Shown here one piece after another: positions 15,001 to 27,000 of a DNA stretch of 64,000 bases (positions are counted from its first letter, which is position 1; each line of letters starts with the position of its first letter). The stretch is taken from contig NMRA01000783.1 in assembly GCA_002633005.1 (NCBI GenBank), positions 84,004 through 148,003 of the forward strand. The letters run 5' to 3'. The DNA comes from Phoronis australis (Eukaryota; Animalia; Phoronida). A program made the position numbers and the translations under genes. The notes under the pieces are model-generated. The model saw only the letters and a list, made by a program, of their open reading frames with translations. It searched no databases and had not been told where the DNA came from.

Positions 15001-18000
15001 ACAGTTCATAAATAGTAAACCATAGTGTCTGAATTTAATAGGCCTTTTATGAGATTTGTTTTTTCCGTAGTTAGTCATGTTTTGATAATAAATGTCAGTG
15101 CTTCGTTCGTACCAGAAATTGTACTTATTCTCAAGGTCGCTTCGAAGTTCACCTATTTACCCAATGTGATATCAGTTGTGAATGTAATGATTTTATTTTA
15201 ATACAGTGCAAGATTGAGAGAGTCTGGTTTCAAGCAGTCATTGGCTTTCACTTATCAATACGTTATCTAAATTAAACATTATTTTTTGTTAAGGCGAGTT
15301 TATGACAGCTTTAAAACCTAACAGTAACGGAATTTTGTTATTTTAGATATACTGGACTAACCAGGTAGTTAGCAAAGCCATAGCAAAGTCAGAAAGCGCG
15401 AGTTCAATCACGCAAATGTAGGCCAGTCAAATGATAGGTGAAGCTGCCTTTTCACATCATGTTGCGTCACAGCGAGATCCCTGCACGAACAGCAAAAGGC
15501 CGATAACAGTTGTATTGAATAGAGGGTATAATTAGAACACCACTGTGTGTGGGAGGTGTTCGCTGCTGTTTGAATTAAAAGGACTTGGTGATTCTCGCGG
15601 GGATGTAGACAAAAGCAAGCCAATTCGCCTAACAGTTCGTTGCATTTAGCAATTTAAAGCGCGAGTGAGCTCAGAGCGATGCTCTTAACATACTGTAGGA
15701 ACCACATTCACAGGTCTTACCGTTCAAGATAGGCTGAATTAATAGAAAAAACATGTTACAAACCTTTATAGCTTTTTGTGAAGTCTCTCAGGTCAATACA
15801 CGAAGGCTGTTGGTTATATTTATGAAAACACACGAAGGCTGTTGGTCATATTTATGAAAACAATCCTACACTGACATTCACACCGGTTTTCTAACCTTGA
15901 AATTTGCTGCTGTCTTCTAAGAAACCATCCAGCTGATGATATCGCTCTCTGGAGATGAACTGGGGGTAATTAGGCACGGAATTGCCCATCATAAACATGG
16001 TTGTTAACAATGGGGCTGACAATAGTATTGTCTCATTTTAAAAGCTCTTAAGTAGCATATTTGAATAATTCGTGAAAAGTAGACATCGTCTGGTTTTTGA
16101 GTTTTGAAAATTGTACAAGAAATGTGACTTCTGTAACCTAAAACTAGAAAGTAGTCTACATCCAGTATTTTGCTTCATTAGTTCTGCTGAGCGTGCAACA
16201 CAATGGGACAATTACCAAGCCGACGTCACGAACCAGCAGTTGGAAATTGAAGAATGTCAAGTGTCGTGATCGTATAATTGTGGGCATGTGACAACTTTTG
16301 CAAACATTGCTATTTTCGACTCAAGAGATTTAATTGGAGGAGTTAAAATTAGTCCCTTTCCATTTAGGGTTTAGTGTTACAAACATTTTGAGTGGGAGAT
16401 CACTGTCGCAAAGACCTTGCATTCACAGGATATTTTGCACACGAAATTGACAGTTTTCACAAGACAATTTGAACATCTGAATATTTTCCTCGCATAAGAA
16501 ACGTGAAGAAAACATAAGGCAAAACTGTGATAATAAAATCTATCCAGCAGTGCATGGTTTTAACAAGCCCCATGCGTCTTGACACACCAGTAAAGTTCCC
16601 ATTGTACCCTGTGTAAAATCTTAAGCAAGAAGTGTATATACTTTTGAACTTCCAATTTGAAAGTTAAATAATCTTGTATGGCAAAAATGGCGATAAAAGA
16701 TATCTTTTGAAATATTGCAGTGAAATGCATTATAAAACTAACGTTTCAGTGCCACGCCCCATTTCAGTTGAACCGGAAGTAACTCTTCGATAAAGAAGAT
16801 AGTTTTGCTGTTGGACGAACAGACAAATGTAAACCTTGTTTGAAAATGGGTTGAATTTCTGTGCAAAGAACAAGTGTTATTTGTTTATTTATTGTTAAAT
16901 TTTTGTGATGGAACATACTGCAAGAGAATGTATACGCCGAGCAAAGTTAGGAGACAGGAATTGTACGACTTGAGATATTTTAACAGGTAAACAGTTGCTG
17001 AGAATTTTTGAGGAAATGGTCGCTTAGCGGCTTAGACAGCTTATCGCGTCAAAACCTCATCTGAATTCAAAACGAGATTAAAGTTCATTGATAAAGCCAG
17101 AAAAGACGTAATTGGTTCTGGTATTTGTTATTTTAAAATTGATATGGTGATGTGGTATTTTCATTGCCCACTGTCAAAAACGTGAAAAGAAAAGGTCTGA
17201 CGCCAGGTGGAATCTGTTGGGATTGTTATCTAGTGCCACCTGGTATCAATTTTCAGGTGCAAGAGTCAAAAGTAGAACCAATGTTGTTTTCTGAACATGA
17301 TTTTAGTTACATTACTCCCTCTTTTGGTATGCAGATATCCAGCAAATGATGCCAGCAAGGTTTTGAATTCTAATTTTAAGCGAACGTCGCACCTGGTTTA
17401 ATGCCAATGCATTTTATTGTGTATTTTAGCTTTTTTGTAATCCTAGTATGGAATGTGAAATGTAAATTATCGGTAACAGTCTCAAACTAGCCTGCTTAAA
17501 TTACGACTTGCTCGTTTAACTCATCCACTATTGCATTCATTTAACCCTGTCGAGGGTCTCTGATTTTCTGATAATAAAAAATATGCTCGTCTTACATTGT
17601 TTTGTAAATTAGCAGAATTCGTTGTACTCTCTTTAAGTAATAATTAATTTTAAAATTATTTGAGAATTGTCTTATTCTTTCTGCTGCATTAATGCCCCAA
17701 CTGTGTTCTACTGATAAATTGCTGCTTGCCGTGTTAATTGTTTTTAAGTCTTCAAGAATAACAGTGTCACCTTTGAAAAGTATGAACGAACTTGAATGTC
17801 TGCTGCTACAAATTGATCAATTAGTCCAGAACGGGTATTGTTTCAGGAAATTTGATTTGTAATTTTACAGACTGCTTTGCACATGTTGATGAAGCTTCTA
17901 AAATATTTTGCAGGGAACCTAGGAAGGTTGTCCTTCAAAAGGGAGCAAGTGGTCTGGGTTTTAACATTGTGGGCGGTGAAGATGGAGAGGGGATATTCAT

Positions 18001-21000
18001 CTCTTTCATCATGGCTGGCAATGTGGCTGATCTGAGTGGAGAGCTTAAACGAGGCGACCAAATACTCTCGGTAGGTTCACAGAGGATTTTAGTGAAGTAC
18101 GGACTAAAATTGTTGAAGAAATTGGTCCACTTTTAGTTGTCAAAGGCTTCAAATGTTGTGAATGCCCACAATTCCCCAGAAATTTNCAGAACGGGTCTTG
18201 TTTCAGGAAATTTGATTTGTAATTTTACAGACTGCTTTGCACATGTTGATGAAGCTTCTGAAATATTTTGCAGGGAACCTAGGAAGGTTGTCCTTCAAAA
18301 GGGAGCAAGTGGTCTGGGTTTTAACATTGTGGGCGGTGAAGATGGAGAGGGGATATTCATCTCTTTCATCATGGCTGGCAATGTGGCTGATCTGAGTGGA
18401 GAGCTTAAACGAGGCGACCAAATACTCTCGGTAGGTTCACAGAGGATTTTAGTGAAGTACGGACTAAAATTGTTGAAGAAATTGGTCCACTTTTAGTTGT
18501 CAAAGGCTTCAAATGTTGTGAATGCCCACAATTCCCCAGAAATTTGTCTAGTGATAGCTGTAGCATGGGTTTTGAAATATGGCATTTATTTGATATTAGT
18601 GGTATCTTTTATGAAAAATGACAGTTGGCTTTGTAATTAGTGGCAATGGGGAGTCCCTTCAAAGGCCCTTCTTCCTAAGAGGCTTGCTGCCTATTTTTTC
18701 CCAAGGGTTGCATACATATTGATTTTGTTTTGACAGTCACATATCACATACATGATTTAGTGATTGATTGCAGTGAACAGGATTTGCTCTGTACTTAATG
18801 TCTGCTTCGTCTATTCCAGGTAAATGGCGTAGATCTGCGCACCTCGACGCATGAAGAAGCAGCCGTTGCTCTGAAAAATGCTGGTGATACTGTAGAAATC
18901 ATGGCCCAGTACAGGCCTGAAGGTATGGAGTCTGCGCTTGAGCGTTAAGACTGGGCTGCAACTGCTGTCTGGAATGTCTCAGTTGGCCACGTACATATCA
19001 TAAAGCAGGGTCTTCTGTGCTCGTAGTTTGTGTACATTCCGAATTTTTTGTTGTATTCTGGGACACTTTATGTTATTCTAGATATCCGTAGTCGAAGAAT
19101 AATCATTGTATTGTTGTTATGTTATTTTTGTGCTTGCTAACGTTTTATTTTTAATGTTGATCCGGTAATGTGGTTCATTTCACTCAAATTAGGTGGTAGG
19201 TAAACGGGATATTTTTTTGTAAATTTTGCAGGTTTCTTTATTTAAGCACAAGGTGCACTGCGAATCAAAATGCTGTTGTTTCGATACAATCTTTGAAATG
19301 TCTGGTGAATTTCATCCAGTCTTACTATCGTGTGCATGAATTCGAATAATTGTGTGGCAAGGTCAGGGGTTTAATTATCACTGGTAGTTCACGTAGGTCA
19401 GTAAGCATGCTTGTTTATCGGATCACGTACTGTAAAAAGTGACTACATCCTCTGGACATAAGATTTAGCGTGCACCTCTCCCATTGCATTTCAATGTGCA
19501 GCACTGCCGAAACTGCAGTCATAGGCTTCGGTCGGTCAGCTGTTTTTCGCGCGGTTGCTACACAGTAATCTATTCCAGACCCGTGCATGTTGTCCGGTAC
19601 TAACAGGGGCCGTAGCATTTGATGTGTTGTAGCACTGCATGTGGAATGAACCGTCCCCCCATGCAACGCATGTTGACATACCATAAGAAATTTTATTGGC
19701 ACTTGAGCTCGCGAGAAATTATGTCTGCTGAAAATAGTTTGAGTGAGCATTTCTCGAAAATCTAGATGTCACGATGTCGTCACTTTGAAACTTAATGACC
19801 TTACTGACTCTTTTTGTCTTTTGTTTTATTCTTGCTCTACAAAATAACAAAGCGCTGAAACGGCACTAGTTTAGCCTTGTATTTCTGTTTTGTTATTTCT
19901 GTCGCCGCATCTAATGTGTCTTTGTCACAGTGCCAATAAAATTTCTTTTACGTTACTGTGTGTTTTATTTGAGCAGCAACTTGAATGTGATATTATTTTC
20001 GTCTCCTTCTGCACTTTAGGTCCTTGACAATTTCTAAACAAACAATGTTAATGTGTTAGGTTGTATGTTTCGTTCGAATTTTAGCTTGCGTTGTGAAAAT
20101 GTCCTGGTGGAAGTCAGTGTTGGCCAAATAAATAAAAATGGTTCCATCCGCAACAATGCTGTTTGCTCACGCATGTTGTAGCAAACAGAGAATGTCTACT
20201 GACCTAGTGGAACACGACAGCTGCTTCAAAAAAATTTATCAAAATCTGATTTGGAAGTGGGAACAAAGTTGTCTTAAGATAACAAACTGGGTGTCCACAC
20301 TGGGCATTTTCAAAAAAAATAAAGTTGTGAAAGCAAATACCCGGAGGCAATAACCAAAACAAAATGTAAGGGTCTATTCACAATTTTTTCATTATCAGGA
20401 GCACGAAGGCTGCTTTTAAGAAGTGGAGGTGTTATGGGCTGCCACATCAGTGCAGGGACATCAAAAATAGAGATAGTCCGAACATTCCGGGAATCATTGC
20501 ATTTTTCTGGAAGAATTGGTTTGAGTTTTTGTCAGTTTTTGGAATATTTTTGACAGCTGTCCAGAATACTACGAATGATTTTTACCATCTCCATATCTTG
20601 GGCAAAGTTTCCCTCAGTCCAAAAGAGTTGCTGTTTGGCCTGCCAACATGGGCTTTAATCGGACAATAATCGTGTACAAAGCCTTGTTTATCGGTGTACT
20701 GAGTGCAGGCAGCCAAGCTCTGCCACNNNNNNNNNNNNNNNNNNNNNNNNNNNNNNNNNNNNNNNNNNNNNNNNNNNNNNNNNNNNNNNNNNNNNNNNNN
20801 NNNNNNNNNNNNNNNNNNNNNNNNNNNNNNNNNNNNNNNNNNNNNNNNNNNNNNNNNNNNNNNNNNNNNNNNNNNNNNNNNNNNNNNNNNNNNNNNNNNN
20901 NNNNNNNNNNNNNNNNCCCCTCCTTGTGACATTCTAGATCTGCTAAAATTTACCATTGTGACACATGTAGTTTGATTCATCCTGGCTTAAACGTCAACAC

Positions 21001-24000
21001 AGCTTCACATACAGCTAAATATTCATACATTACGATAAATTGTATTTTAAACCAACTTCAATACACTGCATTCCTGGGAAGCTCACATTTATACATCTTC
21101 ACCTGTATCTTATCGTGTTGACAAGAAGGGTGTTTAAATTGATTAACTAGTGAAAATTGTTGGAATTCTTGTTCCACTGCATGCTGGTGTCGTTGCTAAA
21201 CTGATACCGAACAATGTTACTGGGTAATTTTGTATACACATCACAACAAGAAAATGAAAACCTGTGGTGAGCACGCAAAGCTCTTTTTGAGAACTAGTTT
21301 TTAAACCAAATTATACGACTAAGATATGTGTTCGTCTTCAACAGGTGTTGAAAAAGTTTTTCAAAAAGATAGACTGACGTAAAGTAGGGATGCAATTCCA
21401 AGTTGTGTCCATTAGTACATAATTACGTTATTCCATGACTCACTGCTAGCGTATTGAGCATCTTCTTTGGTGCTTGATCCGATAGCGAGAGACAATCGCA
21501 GGCAAGTGACAATTCATAACAAAGATCTTTCAGCCAGTTACTCTTGCAATTAAGCCTGGATCATACACTGTTCACAACGTACAGCCGCGGTACATGTCTT
21601 TCATGTTTTAAATGTGAAGAAGCATGTTCTGGAGTGAAAGTTTTAACTTGTACTCCACTCAAAACGTATGGGTTAAATGCATGGTTTTAATTTTGCAAGG
21701 GGCCAGTCTAACCTTAGCTGCATGTCCTCTGTTGTTTTAGACTAAATGTCTCTGTTGACATGGGCCTAGATAATTTATGAGAATTGACATCATATTTCAT
21801 CATACATAGTGGTCAAACATTTCAACCATTGATAAGTACTGGTGATGTTCTGATGTATTGTCGATCACATGATGAGTCACGTGACACTTCAGTGGTCTGC
21901 TGAAGTCCTCAGGATGAGGACGCAACGTAGCTAACTCAAATCCGTAACTCCAGAATTTGATTTGGTTTTCTATATTTACCCAACTGGATTACTAACGGTA
22001 TTCATCACGATATTCTGATGTCTTGCTGCAGTCCTGGTTACACCCCGAAAGTATATATAAGTTAACAACCCAGCTTGAAGTGATAACTAGGCAATAAGCC
22101 ACAGACCATTCAAACCCATAGCCCAGCCCTACATGTTACCATTATGAAAAGATAACTAGGTAATAAGCCACACACCATTCAAACCCATAGCCCAGTCTTA
22201 CATGCTACCATTGTGATCGAAGCCATACATGTTTCCATTATGAAGTGATAACAGGTAATAAGCCAGAGATCATTCAAACCCATAACTCAGCCCTACATGT
22301 TACCATTATGAAGTGGTGACTAGGTAATAAGCCACAGACCAACCCATAACCCAGCCCTACATGTGACTTTTATGAAGTACCCCGTCAATCCAGGCAAGTT
22401 ATGATAAACCCTGTGAATTGCAATCCACTTTTTCACAAGTAAAGGATTATGATATGCAGCCATAAAGCTACGTATGCCAGAATTTCATTGCCAATGATTT
22501 AGGAATGTGACAGTACATCCATTCTTTCCTTCAAAAACCATATTTGATTTATGCGTTAAGTTGGTCTTGTTCCTTTCTCATTTGGATGTGATCTTTGGGC
22601 TCAGCACTGCTTTTCCAACCCAACTGACCAAAAATTTTTCAGTGAGCTTGGTCTCTAACAGTAACAAACCAGGTTCTTTTGAAGCTGTGAATTGCCACCA
22701 ATTGGACCAATAAACAATTCAAGACCAATTAAGTAGCTGAGTGGCCTATTTCAAGTCTTATTTATTGACAGAAAGCATATCATTGACAGAGTTTAATGCA
22801 ACTGTAACATGTTGTTTTTTTGTCTTGAAAACATGTTTGGTGAAATGTTTGCAAGTGAGATGGTTGCCTAACAATTGACTCAGAAGTGAGTGCAGTGTGC
22901 TACATTGTTAAAGCTTGAATGTAAATCCAGGAAATAGCACGTACATGTATTTAAGGATTTACAAACCTGATAGGTTTCTTAGAAACGCAATTTATGGAAA
23001 TTTGTTGATTTCCTATAATTACTCTTGTAAACATGAGCACAGCCCCAAAAATCACTTTTGCATTATATCCAAGTTCTCAGTCATTCCTTTGTATACATTC
23101 TCTAGTAAGATTGAGCTCAGGGGAGGAGACACCTTTGTGCGATGCTCGAATGTCTGCTAGTGAGGCCAGGATTGGAGCAAGGGTCTCCCAGACGGGGCTT
23201 AGGAGCTCAAACCACTGAGTCACACTGTGCAAAAGGTTAAAAACGAAAATAGAATTGGACCGTTTACTTTCATAAAATTGGTCTTGTAATACTCTTGTGT
23301 TAGGATTCTATCTTCTGATTCGCCCCTCTAATTAATTTTTGAAGCATTTTCCTGAGTTGCTGATGGTTTTGAGATATTCAGATTTTTGGCCAACCGATGA
23401 AATTTGACGCATTTTCCTGAGTCACTGGTGGTTTCGAGAATTCAGGATTGGCCACTCTATGAAATTTGAAGCGTTTTATTGAGTCACTGGTGGTTTCCAT
23501 TATTGTTATTAACGGAAATGACATCCTATCACTGTTAAGAATATTGTGAGACAGATTTTATAAGTGCAGAAAGACCCAATTCAATTTTTTATTTTTTGCC
23601 AGCTAAATTTAAGGTTGAACTGTCGCTTTGTATCATTGACTTCATGTTACTTAATCTCTGGAAGTAGTTTCAAAATCCATGGGTTTCCCCGGAATGAAGT
23701 GTCTATTTCTTCAAATAGTATAACTTGTACTGAAAACGTGATGTAATCCTGAAAGCTACACAACACACAAACCAAACATCAGAGCAGCATATTACATTTC
23801 ACATTTATCACATCCACTGTCAGAGTCCATTTACTAATCAAAACATCCCCCTGTGATTACTATAATACTTGGCTGTGCATTGGAGCTATCATGTTCTTGT
23901 ACACATGTGGATGTTTATTTTCATGTTACAATGATTACCCATGTGCAGAATGTTCAATGTCTGTATTAGAAGTGAAGACAGCTGTCCACTGGTGAGCATG

Positions 24001-27000
24001 GGGGAAATGGGGTGTAGCTGTTGTGTGAACAATTTTGATGATGTGTCCCCCGTATTTGAGAGAGTAGGGCACAAAGGGTGAGATCAAATGTGACTTTTCG
24101 TATTCACCCATTGTTGTCGCATTCTCTGTCGCTAACGAAGGTGATGGAATTGTGAATTGTATCTTGCGAGGGGGGACAGAGAACACTTGTCAGACGCAAG
24201 CTTTCACTAGTGGTAGGCGAGTAACCTACTGATCCAATTAGTGCCTGATAGCATGATTTTCTTACTAAAAGTCGTCTGGATGACCTTTCCGTGATCTTGA
24301 ATTATTTATTGAAAAACGTAAACTGTCCAAGATACTCATCGATTCTGTTGTATCGGTCGAACTTTCTCTCGATAAATGACTCGTCATTGACAGGCATTGT
24401 TGAATCTACTTGCATTCCTTGGTTTCTCGGATTTCTGAGTTAAAGGTCGATCTCAGGCATTGACCATCCCCACCTACCTGGACCCCGTTAGGTGAAGTTG
24501 TGTTTGACTACATTGTGTTCCTCAACAGAGTACAACCGGTTCGAAGCAAAGATCCATGACCTGAGGGAGCAGATTATGAGTAGCAGCAACACAGGCACGC
24601 TTAAAACAACACAGAAAAGGACGCTCTATGTCAGGTGGGTGTAGTTATTCAAGAGGCTGTGCAGGTTAGACTTCCAAATGGGATTCAATGGAAATGAGAC
24701 TTGTGGTACCCGAAGAGTAAGATTTGCCAAAACATGTAATTTGCTATGAAATTTTATGTTTTACATGCTACAGTTACTTCAGGCGAAATGATTAATTCGC
24801 TTCACTTTCCTAGCATCTTCACGTACTAGTTTGATGTTTGTCGTTTTCTGCGATTTTTTCTCTAGCTCTGAGACCAAACTGGTGCTGCAGAGTCTGATTA
24901 CACTCACTTGAATTATTTCATCAAGTGTGAAATCGACAATTGGAAACCTAAGTGAACCTGAACACAGGTGTTTTTTTACCTAGTTGACTAATGCTATGAC
25001 CGAATCCGTTGCAGGGCTCTGTTTGACTATGATCCTGTAAAGGACAGTGGTCTTCCAGGAAAAGGTCTGTGCTTCAAATACGGTGATATTCTTCATGTGA
25101 CCAATGCCAGTGACGATGAGTGGTGGCAGGCACGCGTACTATCCCCCGAGGGCGAGGAGGGGGATATGGGAATCATTCCGAGTAAGAGGAGAGTGGAGAG
25201 AAAGGAGAAGGCGCGTGTACGTAATGTGAAATTCCAGGGCAAAGCTGGTGCTGATAAGGTAGGTTTAGGGATGGCCGTGTGGCACGTGACACAGTACCCA
25301 TCATGAGACATTACACGGTGTTCTCTAAGGTCTATGGCGAACGTTTCTATGGGCAGGGCTCTGTGGACCATAGTCGTTGATCTGCATGCAATGTACAGGA
25401 AGTCTTAAATGAAACTCCTGTTGTCTACATTGAGCAAAAATATGCTATAATATGCCTGTGCCTCTTCCACGAAAGATCTGTTTTTGGAATTTGCTGTGTA
25501 TGAGTGAAGAAGTATTGCTGATGTGTGTTGTGTACCTGTAGACGTGGCGGTCCTCTTTAGAAAGCTTGTGTTCCTTTCGGTGTGGTGCTGCCACCTACCG
25601 GTGTGGAATAAACTGTTATAGGTCAACTTTGGGATAGCTTAGCAGTTTAGGCAATTTTTTACGACGGTTAGCATGCGTAAATTTTGAACTAACAAAATGA
25701 TATGATCTAGTCCTTGAAATGTGTAACTGTCAAATGTGAGACGTAACTCTGAATTACATGCACGTCACTAGATGTCACTTGTTTTGAGCCCTAGCTTGGC
25801 ATCCGCAATTTCATTAATTAAAGCAAATTTCAAATGTGACGTTTTGCAGATGTCTACTGCTGATAAACGCAAGAAAAACTTTTCCTTCTCCAAAAAGTTC
25901 CCCTTCATGAAGAGCAAAGACAAGTTAGAAGAAGAGGGACCCAATGATAGCACTGGAGGTTGGTCTGTCATTGTTAATGTCATTTTATAGGTAGCAGCTT
26001 TTTTGTCGTTCCGTCATTGTGGTCTCTACTGTCCAAAGTCTTTTGTCATGTGTCATGTTTCTTAACTGTATGAATCAACGGAAAGCGGAAATTTATACGC
26101 GGTCATTTTTTAGAAAAGGCCAACCTAATGATGGTTAATGCAAAACTTTTGTGGAAAACAGATTGAAGAAATTGAGTTAAAAAGTTGAGGAAATAAAGTT
26201 TATTGAGAGGTTATGCACAGACTAATGATTGGCTTTGACAAAAACGAAAGGAGATTGGTAATTTTGTTTTTTTATTTTTTTGAAGACAGTTATTTTACTA
26301 CAGTTTGCAAAAGTTAGTATTTTATTGCTGTTCTAGCATTTCTTTATGAACTTTGTCGCATGAATTGGAATGTGCTTTCTCAGTTACAAACAAAGTCTTT
26401 GCATGCTTCTCGTATGAAAAAGACATTAAAAACGTTTAATGTGTGACCGTTGTCACAATTCTTCTGCCCAGTCTGGTTCTTCAACTGTCAGTCACTTTCT
26501 AAAGTGCCGTTCAGTTGACCCCGTTACCGTTACTGTTGATGTCTTCTTCTGGGGAAGGGCGGGGTTATTCTCAGCTGTTTTGTGCATGTCGCCTGCATTT
26601 TTGTCTCTTTCTATTCCATGGCTAGCCAAGGACCTGATGGCTGACATTGAACACAGTAAGTGACTACGTCCATACTCAAACGACCAAGCTTGCGTAACTA
26701 ACTGCCAGCCACTAGTTGCGCAAAAACGAGCGTGTAATGTTAGTATAGGCAAACGTTATTCAAGCTTGGCCGTCATAACTCAATCTTAAAAAGGGATGGT
26801 TGCTAAGACCTGTGTAATTGGTGTTAAGTCAAGGAATCAGCCTGACTTAGTGAAGTTCACCGGGTAGTTTTCACTTGACACGAATTTCAACACGTCCAAT
26901 CACTTTCTGATTCGGTGGTTTGCATTTTCCTGATGTACAATTGTGAGCTCACTTGCTCTTACGCAGCACTCGCGTAATTAAGTTATACAGTTTTTGACAC

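Larger units (their letters stand above)
17827..18545 (+). repeat. 360-bp tandem duplication containing the PDZ3 exon
   Basis: Two near-identical units (2 intronic substitutions seen) joined at a single N. Confidence 0.9.

Noticed and set aside
20582-20980. ORFs spanning the first N run
   Set aside because: Artefacts of translating Ns
22077-22378. CRISPR-like repeat array
   Set aside because: Eukaryotic intron; whole units repeat with no unique spacers, so it is a minisatellite
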